Source: Planctomycetota bacterium (GTDB lineage Bacteria; Planctomycetota; E44-bin39). From it: DNA of 64,000 nt. A model generated the notes under the pieces. The model did no database searches. It worked only from the letters and a program-made list of their open reading frames with translations, and was not told where the DNA came from. Below, piece after piece: positions 25,485 through 35,363 of this stretch. The stretch is from NCBI GenBank assembly GCA_004376375.1, contig SOJX01000023.1, positions 36,013-100,012 on the forward strand, read 5' to 3'. Numbering within the stretch: position 1 is the stretch's first letter; each line of letters opens with the position of its first letter. A program made the translations under genes and the position numbers.

Positions 25485-27257
25485 TTACCAGCTCCGGTAA
25501 GGTTCTCTTTTGACTTCCGAAGCCTTCTTGACAGCCTTCTTCTTTTTCGGCGGCACAAGGATATCCTTCGGCGGCAGCTTGAGCTCCATGCCGATCTTCA
25601 GTATCTGCCCCTTCTTCAGGTTGTTGTACTTCGACAGGGCTTCGTGGTGTATGCCGCTCCCGTACTCTTTCCTGCAGATCACCCACAGGCTGTCACCGGG
25701 CTTTACTTTGTAGATTTTATCCTTCGGCTTCGGCGGCTTTGGTGCTTCCATTTCGGGAAACATCCGCCTCTGCCCGTCGAACTGAATGGGCACCAACGCT
25801 GACGGTCCCCCCCTGTTCTCAATCGCCGGGCCGGCCGGTGCCGCAGCCGGGTTCCAGGACGCGCCGCCGATGGCTGCGCGCTCGGTCTGGCGGATAACAC
25901 CGGTCACGCTGTTATCTTCCCCGGCAACGGTTTGCTCAATCTGCTGCTCCGGCATCTGCGCAAGGTCGGTCTCGCCCGGCGCGTTTGAAAAGAACGCGCG
26001 CGCGCCGAGAACAACCAGGACCAGGAACGCAATCGGCAATGCAACCAGCAGGGCCTGGCGGTAGCGCCGGCTCTTTCCGCGGGTTGAAGAAAGATAGTAT
26101 GCAATCCGGTTTACCGGGGTGGCGCCGGTTTCAACAGCGGCGCCTTTCGTTTCCGCTTGAGTCTCCTTTTCCGGCTCCGGTTTTTCGAGCTCAATAGTCG
26201 GCAGGCCGTCGAAAATCGGGTTGTCCTTGCTCAGGTCGCCGAGGCTGGTGAAGACCGAATCCGACTTGGAGCTGATCTCGGCGGCAGCTTCGGGCACGGC
26301 TTCGGGCGCCGCCGGCCTGGGCGCTTTCCTGGTCTGTATCGTTTCGATAATCGCGGTTATCTTCTTGTTGGCCCGCTCGTCAATCTGTTTCTTGTAACGG
26401 AAAATTTCGCGATCCCTTTCCGCAAGCATATCGCGCAGGCGCATGATTTCGCATTCGGCGTTCATACGCTCGGTCGTGCCGGCCCTGAGATTCCCCATCT
26501 CCATCTTCAGCTCGTCGAGCTCTCTGAGTATCGCAGACTTGGCCTGGGTCTCCATTTTCAGCTTTGATTCGAGCTCGTCCTTTATCCGGCGCTTCTCTTC
26601 GCGCTCCGCCTTGAGAATCTTGCGGGCCGTATCTTCCACCCTCGAACGCGCCTCCGCTTTCAGCCTTGCCTCGCGCTCCGCTCTGAGCTTTTTCTCATAT
26701 TCTTCCTTTATCACTTCCTCCTTCATGCCCGCCTGCTGCAGGGACGGCTCGCTGTTGACGGTATCGCGCAGGATATCATCAGGGAAAGTCGCCGTCCGCT
26801 GCCTGGCAAAAGCCTCGTCGGCCTTCTTCTTTGCAGCCGCACGCCTCGCTTTCGCACGCTCCGCGGCCTCGAACTTCTTCTTCCCGTCCACCGTTTTCGG
26901 CTTCGTTCTGCCCGCGCGTGCGGTGACGAGTCTGTTCTTCAACTTCTCTTCCCTGGGTCTGGGCAAACCATTCGGCGCCGACTCCTCGGGAAGCGGCAGA
27001 TCAGGCACCGTACCTTTCTTCTTCGAGGTCTTCGGCGTCGCGGTCGCCCCGGTTTTCCGCGGCCGGCGGGGCCTGGCCGTTTTTTTCATCTTCCCCGCAC
27101 CGGTCTTGTTGTTGATTTTCTTCCCCCGCCTTTTCTCGAGAATAGCCATTGCAGCGTCGAGAACGCTTTTCCGCTCATCGGCTGTCGCGCGTTCTCTCGG
27201 TTTCTTTCTTGCCGGCTTTCCTTTTTGTTCCGACAAAGCTTTAGTGTCCTGCCCCAC
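25485..27257 (-). CDS. LysM-domain membrane protein with basic N-terminus and long coiled-coil
   Basis: C-terminal LysM (YKVKPGDSLWVICRKEYG...ILKIGMELKLP), one TM helix, and an extended charged coiled-coil region. Confidence 0.65.
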   Translation of the reverse strand: MGQDTKALSEQKGKPARKKPRERATADERKSVLDAAMAILEKRRGKKINNKTGAGKMKKTARPRRPRKTGATATPKTSKKKGTVPDLPLPEESAPNGLPRPREEKLKNRLVTARAGRTKPKTVDGKKKFEAAERAKARRAAAKKKADEAFARQRTATFPDDILRDTVNSEPSLQQAGMKEEVIKEEYEKKLRAEREARLKAEARSRVEDTARKILKAEREEKRRIKDELESKLKMETQAKSAILRELDELKMEMGNLRAGTTERMNAECEIMRLRDMLAERDREIFRYKKQIDERANKKITAIIETIQTRKAPRPAAPEAVPEAAAEISSKSDSVFTSLGDLSKDNPIFDGLPTIELEKPEPEKETQAETKGAAVETGATPVNRIAYYLSSTRGKSRRYRQALLVALPIAFLVLVVLGARAFFSNAPGETDLAQMPEQQIEQTVAGEDNSVTGVIRQTERAAIGGASWNPAAAPAGPAIENRGGPSALVPIQFDGQRRMFPEMEAPKPPKPKDKIYKVKPGDSLWVICRKEYGSGIHHEALSKYNNLKKGQILKIGMELKLPPKDILVPPKKKKAVKKASEVKREPYRSW

Positions 27258-27271
27258 AGTTCATCCTCCTT

Positions 27272-28000
27272 TTATGCTACCAAAGGTTTTATCGTAGTCT
27301 TAGCGGAACCTGCCTTTCCTGCACGAGCCTTCCGGCCCCACGCATGTTCCAAACTAAAAACGGCAGCTCGCCCGTGCCCGGCTGCCTCTGAATTCCTGCT
27401 TTTATCCGTGCCCGAGAAAATCATCGTCCCTGCAGAATCGCATTCCTTGAACGTTCGAAGCGGAACAGAAAAAGGGATGCGGTCAATAAAGCGGTATAAC
27501 CTGAAACGCTCCCGCCTCAGGTCGAGAACCAGCATGACCTGGTTCGGACGGCGGAAATAACATTCATGCGTTACGGCATCAACATGCAGGGGATAAAGCC
27601 CGGTTTTCCTGGCCGCAAACCAGCCAAGCAACTGGCGGCCGCCCATTTTCAACTGGTTTGACTCGAAGGCTTCAAGAAATACGTCTTCACTGAAAAGGGG
27701 TGTGCGGCAAATGCCGTCGTCAGCATCCAGCAATACACTGGATGTAATCGAAAGCAGGTCGTTGCGCCGCCTTTCTTCAAAACGGCCGAGAAGTATGCCG
27801 TAAACAGCTCTGTCAGGCTGCAGGCTTGCAATCCTGTGAATTCTCTGAAGCAGAGGCTCAGAAAGGTAGGCCTGGACCGGGATATGCTGAAGGCGGGTGC
27901 CGGCACAACTGTCGGCACTCCGGTTAGTTATGTTCCTCATTTTCCCCCTCTCGCGGATCGGCAGAGACCGATTCCGAACCGAGAAACATCTTCCTCGCAC
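27272..28000 (-). CDS. hypothetical protein, possibly degenerate MPN/JAB-like
   Basis: Co-directional and adjacent upstream of the LysM gene. GILLGRFEE and LLGWFAARKTG loosely resemble an MPN scaffold lacking the His ligands. Low confidence. Confidence 0.3.
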   Translation of the reverse strand: MRGRCFSVRNRSLPIRERGKMRNITNRSADSCAGTRLQHIPVQAYLSEPLLQRIHRIASLQPDRAVYGILLGRFEERRRNDLLSITSSVLLDADDGICRTPLFSEDVFLEAFESNQLKMGGRQLLGWFAARKTGLYPLHVDAVTHECYFRRPNQVMLVLDLRRERFRLYRFIDRIPFSVPLRTFKECDSAGTMIFSGTDKSRNSEAAGHGRAAVFSLEHAWGRKARAGKAGSAKTTIKPLVA

Positions 28001-28136
28001 TACTTATTTTAGGTCGCCCGGGAGTATGGTCAAGTCAACAGATGTGTTTTTTTATACGCACGACATAACGCAAATGGAAATATATAGTTATAACAAGCAT
28101 ACCCCCGGATGATTTTTCAAATCACATTATTTTCCG

Positions 28137-28310
28137 TGCGCTGTCACAAAAAGTTCACTAATTATTCAGTTATTCAGTTACCCGGTTATTCAGTTATTCA
28201 GTTACCCGGTTATTCAGTTATTCAGTTAAAAATAAAACTGAATAACTGAATTACTGAATTACTGAATAACCAAAATAGCTGATAGCTGATAGCTGAACGC
28301 TGACAGCTCA
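28137..28310. repeat. hairpin of CAGTTATTCAGTTA / TAACTGAATAACTG arrays followed by a TAGCTGA tandem array
   Basis: Inverted arms 28137-28200 and 28215-28265. Then TAGCTGATAGCTGATAGCTGAACGCTGACAGCTCA. Confidence 0.8.
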
Positions 28311-28376
28311 TAATTATCTCTAAATACAAACTTATCGAACCCGAATAACGTCTGATAATAAGTATAAAGTTTTTGC

Positions 28377-28405
28377 TTGACAAGGATTGCAGAAAATGTT
28401 ATAAT
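28377..28405 (+). promoter_or_regulatory. consensus sigma-70 promoter (TTGACA-17-TATAAT) upstream of 28488-28952
   Basis: Perfect -35 and -10 hexamers with 17-nt spacing. A second TTGACA and a GCCGGCAA...TTGCCGGC hairpin sit in the leader. Confidence 0.55.
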
Positions 28406-28487
28406 TCGGTGGAAAATGAGTTGACAGGCCGGCAACGCGGGTCGTTTGCCGGCTGGCTGAACTGTGCGTCCTGAGAGGGAGAAGTAA

Positions 28488-28952
28488 ATGGTCGCGCCTC
28501 TGGCCGAAAATGCGTTCTATTTCAACGGCATAACGTCGCCGGGCAACAGCCCGAACGCAGCCCAGGTGGCGCAGTCTACGCAGACCACACCGGCGACTGC
28601 TGACCGGGTTGAAATCTCCAATGCGGCTGAAGACGTCCTCCGCGCGGCTACGGGAACGCCCAAAACGACTGAAAGCCCGCAAAGCAAGGCATCGACGGCT
28701 GAAAGTGCAAGCAGAATGCCGCCGCAGTCTTCTGTCGCGGCCCAGCAGCAGGTTGCGGACGAGACACGCGAACGGCAGGTGCGAAATATTTCCACAACAT
28801 ACAAGGTTGTCGGTGAATCCGACGACATTCAGTCCAACCTTATCGACCCCATCACCGGCGAAAACTTTTATCAGGCCCCGACCGACCAGACAGTTGTCGT
28901 CGAGGAGCAGGATATCGTCCTGGTCGGCCAGATTTTCGATTCGCTGATGTAG
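28488..28952 (+). CDS. hypothetical secreted/disordered protein, possibly FlgM-like
   Basis: Ser/Thr/Gln-rich N-terminal half and a DRVEISNAAEDVL segment reminiscent of FlgM. Flanked by a consensus promoter upstream and a clean intrinsic terminator downstream. Confidence 0.35.
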   Translation: MVAPLAENAFYFNGITSPGNSPNAAQVAQSTQTTPATADRVEISNAAEDVLRAATGTPKTTESPQSKASTAESASRMPPQSSVAAQQQVADETRERQVRNISTTYKVVGESDDIQSNLIDPITGENFYQAPTDQTVVVEEQDIVLVGQIFDSLM

Positions 28953-28985
28953 AGTTTCGATCACAATTCGCAGAAGCAATATAAA

Positions 28986-29011
28986 CCCGGAACAGGACTC
29001 CGGGTTTTTTT
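28986..29011 (+). terminator. intrinsic terminator downstream of 28488-28952
   Basis: CCCGGAACAGGACTCCGGG stem-loop followed by TTTTTTT. Confidence 0.7.
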
Positions 29012-29134
29012 ACAGCGTTATGAAAGAATTGTAACCGTCATGTCATGATTGCGGGCATATCAAAAAAAACCGTTGCAATCCGGGCTCCGGGTGATAATAT
29101 CGTAACTAATAGAACGCCTACAAACCGGATTTAA

Positions 29135-29821
29135 GTGAGTACTCGTGTGGCAATACTATTACCATGCCCGAAGTGCGGCAAACGCGTAAACCTTCAGAAC
29201 GAGTACGCTGGCAAAAAGTGGAAGTGCGCGGGCTGCAAGCTCAAATTCCGCGTACCGGACCCGAAGAGACACAAGCTCGGTTCCGTTAAATGCACCTGCG
29301 GAAGCATGATCGAGACGTGGGACGTTTTCGCAAAAGAGGGGGTATTCTGCCCGGGGTGCAAAAAAATCTACTCCTCCGGCAAGGCCTCAAAACTGCCGTC
29401 CATAATTCCCGTCGGGGGGAAGAAAAAGAAAGGAAAAGAAAAAAAGAAAAAGAAGGAAAAGAAAAAAGCACGTCCTTCCCCTGCCCCCGAAGTCCTGGAA
29501 ATCCCCGAGCTGGAAGTCGACGACGAAGACCTGCTGCTTAACGTGGAAGAGGAAGTGATAGACGGGGCGGAACTCCTGATCGAAAACGATCTGGAGCTTG
29601 CCGACGAAATCAAACTTGTTGAAAACATCGAGCATGTTGAAAACATCGAGCTTGTTGAAGACATCGAGCATGTTGAAAACATCCAGCTTGTTGAAGAGAT
29701 CGAGCTTGTTTCAGACGAACAGGAAAAGCTCCCGTTTCCCGACCGCCGCAGAGGCGCCCGCAGAAAAGGCGACAGGCGCAAGGGCGACCGCCGCAAAGGC
29801 GGCAGAAGGAAAAGCGAATAA
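29135..29821 (+). CDS. double zinc-ribbon protein with poly-Lys, acidic pentapeptide repeats and Arg-rich tail
   Basis: CPKCG...CAGC and CTCG...CPGC ribbons. Repeats of VENIEH/VEDIEL are encoded by six tandem 15-bp DNA repeats (29610-29710). C-terminal RRKGD repeats. Confidence 0.55.
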   Translation: MSTRVAILLPCPKCGKRVNLQNEYAGKKWKCAGCKLKFRVPDPKRHKLGSVKCTCGSMIETWDVFAKEGVFCPGCKKIYSSGKASKLPSIIPVGGKKKKGKEKKKKKEKKKARPSPAPEVLEIPELEVDDEDLLLNVEEEVIDGAELLIENDLELADEIKLVENIEHVENIELVEDIEHVENIQLVEEIELVSDEQEKLPFPDRRRGARRKGDRRKGDRRKGGRRKSE

Positions 29822-30035
29822 GAATTATGAAGTATGAAGTATGAAGGCTGAAGTATGAAAAAGAATTGTAAATTGAGAATTGTAGATTGAGAATTGCAAA
29901 TTGGAAATTGTCAATACTCAATTTCCAATACTCAATTCGCAAACGGAAAGGACGAATTAAGAATTATTAAATATAAATTTTATCCTTCATCCTTCATACT
30001 TCATACTTCATACTTTATCCTTCATCCTTTGTTTA
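29822..30035. repeat. nested double hairpin: outer ATGAAGTATGAAGG arms, inner AATTGAGAATTGTAGATTGAG arms
   Basis: Outer arms 29825-29855 and 29970-30035. Inner arms 29860-29905 and 29905-29945. Directly upstream of the GH lipoprotein gene. Confidence 0.8.
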
Positions 30036-30047
30036 AAGAGGTGTAAC

Positions 30048-31112
30048 ATGCAAAAACGTCTTCTTCTCCCCGTTCTGCTTGTACTTGTTTTCCTTCTCAG
30101 CACCGGAGCCTGCAAAGACAAGAAAAAGACGCCGTTCTTCCCGATATCGCTGACGGTAACGCCGCTCGACAACCCCACGCTTCCATCACGCGGGTATTTC
30201 ATGGGAATGCTGCCCAATCCGGCGACGGGGTCGGACTATGATATCTCGACCACGCTTGCCGCGCAGTACTGCGACTGGACGCCGATATGGGGCACGCCGT
30301 CGCCTTTCTGGGAAATGGCAACCGACATCGGAGGCGGCTGGGGCGATATCTTCGTCGACCAGTTCTGCCGCGCAAAAGGCATGTTCCCGCTCATGCACTT
30401 GTCGTTCATGGACGCGGGGATGATGCTCGCGCTACCGCCCGAGCTTGCAAGCGCTACGCTCGAGTTGCCTGCATGGCGGACGGCCTACAAGGCGGCGGCG
30501 ATCGCGGTCGTAAAAGCCGGACGGCCCAAGTACTTCTCGGTCGGTAACGAAGTAAACCGCTGGTTCGAGACCTACGGCACGGACCCCGGCAATTCGAACG
30601 GCTTCCAGCATTTCGTAAGCCTGTACGAGGAAGTCTACGACGAGGTAAAGGCCCTCTCCCCCGACACGCAGGTCTTCTGCACATTTGCAAGAGAAATCGT
30701 CGACAACAACTCCGAAGCCGACGTCCTGACCGTACTCAACATGTTCAACTCCGACAAAATGGACATGGTTATGCTGACTACATACCCGTACGCACTCGCG
30801 GGCGTGAACAATGTCAGCGACCTGGCGAATGATTACTACTCGAGCGTTATTCCCGCCGCGTTCCAGTCCAAGCCGTTCGGTTTCAGCGAGGCCTGCTGGA
30901 CATCCCTCGCTCCCTTCGGCGGCGAGCAGGGCCAGGCTGACTTCATAAACGAGGTCGTGACGCGGCTGACCGTGGACCAGTCTCTGTACTTTCAGTTTTT
31001 CGGCTGGCCGTGGCTGCACAACCTCGACGACGTGGTCGGCGCAGGCCTGATTATGAAGGACGGCACGGAGAAACTCGGCTGGCTCGCATGGCAGGCGCTC
31101 GCGGGGTCGTAG
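30048..31112 (+). CDS. lipoprotein, clan GH-A-like glycoside hydrolase
   Basis: Signal peptide plus lipobox STGAC. Candidate acid/base motif VGNEVN and nucleophile context FGFSEACW. Confidence 0.5.
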   Translation: MQKRLLLPVLLVLVFLLSTGACKDKKKTPFFPISLTVTPLDNPTLPSRGYFMGMLPNPATGSDYDISTTLAAQYCDWTPIWGTPSPFWEMATDIGGGWGDIFVDQFCRAKGMFPLMHLSFMDAGMMLALPPELASATLELPAWRTAYKAAAIAVVKAGRPKYFSVGNEVNRWFETYGTDPGNSNGFQHFVSLYEEVYDEVKALSPDTQVFCTFAREIVDNNSEADVLTVLNMFNSDKMDMVMLTTYPYALAGVNNVSDLANDYYSSVIPAAFQSKPFGFSEACWTSLAPFGGEQGQADFINEVVTRLTVDQSLYFQFFGWPWLHNLDDVVGAGLIMKDGTEKLGWLAWQALAGS

Positions 31113-31174
31113 AGCACGGCTATTACGAAACAGGATTTGTCTTTCACTTTCAGTCAAACACTAAAGAACACGCC

Positions 31175-31480
31175 ATGAGAAAACTTGTTATTATATTAGC
31201 GGCAATCGTATCACTCTCACTGCTTGCCGGCTGCACCGATAATCCGTATTCAGAAGGTAAGGCACTCGGCATAAAACATGCCGAAATGATCATCAAGTCA
31301 GGCAAAGTGGACAACGCGGTAATGGAAGCAGACATCAACAAGTATAGTGCAAAATACGAAAACAACGAAATAGCGAAAAGAGCATTCAACAAAGGCTATA
31401 TGGAGGCAATGGAATCCATGATGGGCGAAATGATGAAAGGCATGGAAGAGGCAACGAAAAAGGAAATGATGTCGAAATAA
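31175..31480 (+). CDS. small lipoprotein (101 aa)
   Basis: MRKLVIILAAIVSLSLLAGC lipoprotein signal. The track ORF from 31010 is longer, but ATG 31175 fits the signal peptide. Confidence 0.5.
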   Translation: MRKLVIILAAIVSLSLLAGCTDNPYSEGKALGIKHAEMIIKSGKVDNAVMEADINKYSAKYENNEIAKRAFNKGYMEAMESMMGEMMKGMEEATKKEMMSK

Positions 31481-31546
31481 GGTGAGTAATCCTCCGCCAA
31501 TAATCATGAAACATAAAATCGGGACGGCTCCTGACCCGTTCCAACA

Positions 31547-31575
31547 ACGCGCCGGACATTACCGGCGCGTTTTTA
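31547..31575 (+). terminator. intrinsic terminator downstream of the small lipoprotein gene
   Basis: ACGCGCCGG-ACATT-ACCGGCGCGT stem-loop followed by TTTT. Confidence 0.65.
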
Positions 31576-31595
31576 ATCAATAAAAAGACGAACAT

Positions 31596-32063
31596 TCAGA
31601 ACCGCGACCCGGACAAAACCCACCACAGTAAAAAAAATGTCCAAAACGCAAGCGGAATGCCAACAATGTAAAACAATGCTTGCCCGGACGCCCTTGCAGA
31701 AACCACAATCAGTTTCCTGACACTCGTCGGTCCCCTATCCAGATTCACTCCCCACAGAATCACCGCGCACGACAGAAAAGCGGTTGAATAGAAAACAAGC
31801 AGTGCGAGCAAACTCCATAAATCGGACGAACCCGGAGCGGCAAGAATCACGCAGGCAGAACAGATCAGAGCAAACACTATCATTATCAGCGCTTTTACTG
31901 CACCTTGAGAACGGGGCATATCGTATTGCTTTTTGAAAAAAGACGAAACGCGAAGTAACGAAACCGGTACGCTTATTAAAAGAGCTACAACGAACACTCC
32001 AAGTACAGGGTCCTCTGTGAACCTGTCAAAACGGAAGTAGGAATAACCGAACAGTGTTATCAT
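31596..32063 (-). CDS. integral membrane protein, hypothetical
   Basis: Four predicted TM helices. No recognised family. Confidence 0.45.
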   Translation of the reverse strand: MITLFGYSYFRFDRFTEDPVLGVFVVALLISVPVSLLRVSSFFKKQYDMPRSQGAVKALIMIVFALICSACVILAAPGSSDLWSLLALLVFYSTAFLSCAVILWGVNLDRGPTSVRKLIVVSARASGQALFYIVGIPLAFWTFFLLWWVLSGSRF

Positions 32064-32114
32064 AACATTACAGCGCTCCGTAGCCGGACCGGGCAGCCTT
32101 CCTTCCCGTTCTAC

Positions 32115-32558
32115 TTAGAATGGTTTCGACCACAGGTCTTTAGGCTCCATCCCGTATTTCGGAATGTTCCTGTAAAGAACCGATGTCGGGTCGACCTTGA
32201 GGACCATAAGCTGCGGGTCATCAACGCCGCCGGGGAAAGCGAACGTGAACGCGTCAATCCAGATATCTTCCTTCGCCTCTTTTGTGTCGATCTGCTCCAC
32301 GTTTCCGTAAACCCTCAGGTCCTGCTGCTCGAGCAGATATGCCACGCATATTTTCGGATTATCCGTAAGCTGCTTCACCTTTGCGCTCGACTTATGAGTT
32401 GCAAACCAGAGTGTGAAATCGTCCTCGATTTTCGCGGTGGTCATCACGCGCACATGGGGCGTATCGCCATCGACCGTACCTACATGCACAAGCGGATTCG
32501 CCCGGGCGAACTCCAGGGCTTCATTTCTCATTTCACCTGACATGCTTATTCCTTTCAT
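32115..32558 (-). CDS. pyridoxamine 5-prime-phosphate oxidase-like FMN-binding protein
   Basis: Split-barrel PNPOx-like pattern (VHVGTVDGDTPHVRVM). Confidence 0.7.
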   Translation of the reverse strand: MKGISMSGEMRNEALEFARANPLVHVGTVDGDTPHVRVMTTAKIEDDFTLWFATHKSSAKVKQLTDNPKICVAYLLEQQDLRVYGNVEQIDTKEAKEDIWIDAFTFAFPGGVDDPQLMVLKVDPTSVLYRNIPKYGMEPKDLWSKPF

Positions 32559-32581
32559 CTCAACTTCGAACTTGAGGGATT

Positions 32582-34852
32582 TTACTTAACGCCCCTTATC
32601 GCCGCAAGAACCTTTTCCGGCGTAATCGGCAAATCCCGGATGCGGGCGCCGATGGCGGATTCGACCGCGTTCGCAATCGCGGCCGCCGTCGGGATCAGCC
32701 CGGCCTCGCCGATACCCTTCGCACCGTACGGACCCTCCGGGTCGTCGGTCTCGATAAAAATAAGCTCCATCGGCGGCATGTCGCGTGCCATGACGAGTTT
32801 ATAATCGAGCAGGTTGGGATTGAGCAGTTTGCCGTCCTCGAAAACCATGTCTTCCATCAACGCGTAGCCGATGCCCTGTGCGATACCGCCGTGGAGCTGG
32901 CCCTCGATGCCCTGCCGGTTAATAACTTTTCCGACGTCGTGCGCGGCAACGAACTTCAGAATCTTCACCTTCCCGGTTTCGGGATCGACCTTGACACGGC
33001 ACGCATGCGTCCCGTATGCATAGGTTGACGAAACGTTGCCTTTAAGAGTTTTCATATCCTGCAATTCGTTCGGCGGGTCGTAATAGTAGGTCGCCATCGG
33101 GTGTTTGCCCTGCCGGCGAAAGTGCATCGAGCGAGCGACCTTGTCAACCTTCATCCCGTCTTCGGGCGAGCCGCCTTCGGGATAAAAAACACCTTTCTCG
33201 AAAACAACTTTTCCCGGCTCGATTTTCATCTTCTTCGCGGCAGCCTCGATAAGCTGTTCCTTCACCATCCTGCATGCACGGAGCGTTGCGTTGCCGACGA
33301 TAAACGTAGTGCGCGAGGCATGCACGCCCGCGTCCCACATCCCGTAATCGGTATCGCTGTTCAGAATGGAAATATTTTCAAGCGGCACGCCGAGCTCTTC
33401 CGAGGCGATCATCGCCATCGCGGTGTCGGTCCCCTGCCCTATCTCGGTCGCGCCGGTGATAATCACGACGCGGCCGAAGTCGTCCACCTTGACCGTGACG
33501 CCGGAGCCGTCGGAAAGGTAGATGCGCGCGCCGCCACCGACGTGTATCATGTTCGCAAACCCGACGCCTTCCCACTCCTCGAGCGGTTTGTCGTAATCAA
33601 TCGCCTCGACCGCGGCCTCGGTGCACTCCTTCATGCCGCATGTAGTAATTTTCAGGTCCTGCGGCGTTGTCTCGCCCGGCTCGTTGAAGTTCCGCCTGCG
33701 CAATTCCAGCGGGTCTATACCCGCGACCTTCGCAAGCTCGTCGAGGTTGGACTCTATCGCAAAGGTCGCCTGCGGATTGCCGTAACCGCGAAACGCGCCC
33801 GCGTATGCGTTATTCGTGTAGACCATCTTCGCTTTCATGCGGACGTTTTCGACCTTATAGAGCGAGCTGACCGGGTTCGCCATGATGTGCGGCGTCGTCG
33901 CGCCCCAGGAAGAGTTCGAGCCGTTGTCGAGGACGGCATCGAAAATCCGCGCCGTGAGTTTGCCGTCTTTCGTGCAGCCGTGGGAAACCGTGATAACCGC
34001 GGGCTGGCGGGTTACCGAAGCAATAAACTCTTCCTCGCGGTCGAACGCGATGCGCACGGGCCGCCCCGTTTTCTTTGCAAGCAGGCAAGTAATGATTTCG
34101 TATGGATATGTATCCAGCTTCGAGCCGAACGCGCCGCCGATTACCATCTGCTTGATGCGGATATGCGCGGCCGGGATGCCGAGGACGCGGCCGAGGTCGC
34201 GCTGCATCAGGTGCGGTATCTGCGTCGTCGAATAAACCGTGAGCCGGTCCGGCCCGTCCCACTGCGCGGCCGCGAAACACGGCTCCATGCAGCAGTGGGC
34301 GACGTACTGAAGTCTGTAGGTCGAAGTGACTTTGAAGTCGGCCTCTTCGAGCGCTTTTTCCGGATCGCCGTGAACGAAGTCGTAACGGTGCTTGAGAATA
34401 TTGTCAGGCGCATGCTCGTGGAGCACAGGTGCATTTTCCATGCAGGCGAATTCTATATCGCATACATTCGGCAAATCCTCGTACTCGACTTCGATTGCAT
34501 TAATCGCATCCTCAGCCGTTTCAGGATTCACCGCTGCGACGGCTGCAATCTCGTCGCGGTACGAACAGACCTTTCCTTTTTTGAGCGCAGGGTTATCCTG
34601 GAGAAAACCGAGGTTTTTCACATGCGGGTAAGTCTCGGCCGTGATAACCGCGACGACGCCGGGAATCTTTTCCGCCTTCGATATGTCGATTGTGAAGTTT
34701 GCATGTGCCCGTTTGCTGCGAAGAATTTTCCCCTCGAGCATTCCCGGCAGTCTGAGGTCATGCCCGAAAATCGCCGCCCCCGTCGCCTTCTCGCGCGCAT
34801 CAACCTTCGGCACGCGTTTGCCGATAACGTTGTATTCGTTATTCTCAGTCAT
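32582..34852 (-). CDS. xanthine dehydrogenase family molybdopterin-binding large subunit
   Basis: 756 aa with aldehyde oxidase/xanthine dehydrogenase a/b hammerhead and Moco-binding regions. Confidence 0.9.
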   Translation of the reverse strand: MTENNEYNVIGKRVPKVDAREKATGAAIFGHDLRLPGMLEGKILRSKRAHANFTIDISKAEKIPGVVAVITAETYPHVKNLGFLQDNPALKKGKVCSYRDEIAAVAAVNPETAEDAINAIEVEYEDLPNVCDIEFACMENAPVLHEHAPDNILKHRYDFVHGDPEKALEEADFKVTSTYRLQYVAHCCMEPCFAAAQWDGPDRLTVYSTTQIPHLMQRDLGRVLGIPAAHIRIKQMVIGGAFGSKLDTYPYEIITCLLAKKTGRPVRIAFDREEEFIASVTRQPAVITVSHGCTKDGKLTARIFDAVLDNGSNSSWGATTPHIMANPVSSLYKVENVRMKAKMVYTNNAYAGAFRGYGNPQATFAIESNLDELAKVAGIDPLELRRRNFNEPGETTPQDLKITTCGMKECTEAAVEAIDYDKPLEEWEGVGFANMIHVGGGARIYLSDGSGVTVKVDDFGRVVIITGATEIGQGTDTAMAMIASEELGVPLENISILNSDTDYGMWDAGVHASRTTFIVGNATLRACRMVKEQLIEAAAKKMKIEPGKVVFEKGVFYPEGGSPEDGMKVDKVARSMHFRRQGKHPMATYYYDPPNELQDMKTLKGNVSSTYAYGTHACRVKVDPETGKVKILKFVAAHDVGKVINRQGIEGQLHGGIAQGIGYALMEDMVFEDGKLLNPNLLDYKLVMARDMPPMELIFIETDDPEGPYGAKGIGEAGLIPTAAAIANAVESAIGARIRDLPITPEKVLAAIRGVK

Positions 34853-34856
34853 GATG

Positions 34857-35363
34857 TTATCTCACGCTTGTTTCAACCGCATTCATCTGTTGGGCGGCCG
34901 TAAGAACCGCGTCGACGATTTTTTCGTAGCCGGTGCAGCGGCAGAGGTTGCCTTCGAGTCCGGCGCGGACTTCTTCCGGCGTCGGATCGGGGTTCTGCTT
35001 CAGAAACCAGATCGCCTGCATAATCATCCCCGGCGTGCAGAAACCGCACTGGATCGCGCCGCAGTCGATAAAGGCCTGCTGGACCGGGTGCAGGTCGCCG
35101 TTCGGTCCGCCGATTCCTTCGATTGTCGTCACTTCTTTTCCGTCCGCGTCTACCGCGAGGACGATGCACGAGTTGACCGATGAACCGTCGAGGAAAACGG
35201 TGCACGCGCCGCACTCGCCCTCCCCGCATCCGACGTTTGTGCCGGTCAGGTTGGCGACCTCGCGGATGAAATCAGTAAGATTCATTGTAGCCGACACGGC
35301 AGCCGTATACGGCAGGCCGTTTATCGTTACCGTTATACTTATCATTTCACCTTTTGCCGTCAT
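34857..35363 (-). CDS. (2Fe-2S)-binding small subunit of xanthine dehydrogenase family enzyme
   Basis: CGEGECGACTV and CGFCTPG cluster motifs. Start at ATG 35363 (MTAKGEM). The track ORF extends spuriously upstream. Confidence 0.9.
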   Translation of the reverse strand: MTAKGEMISITVTINGLPYTAAVSATMNLTDFIREVANLTGTNVGCGEGECGACTVFLDGSSVNSCIVLAVDADGKEVTTIEGIGGPNGDLHPVQQAFIDCGAIQCGFCTPGMIMQAIWFLKQNPDPTPEEVRAGLEGNLCRCTGYEKIVDAVLTAAQQMNAVETSVR

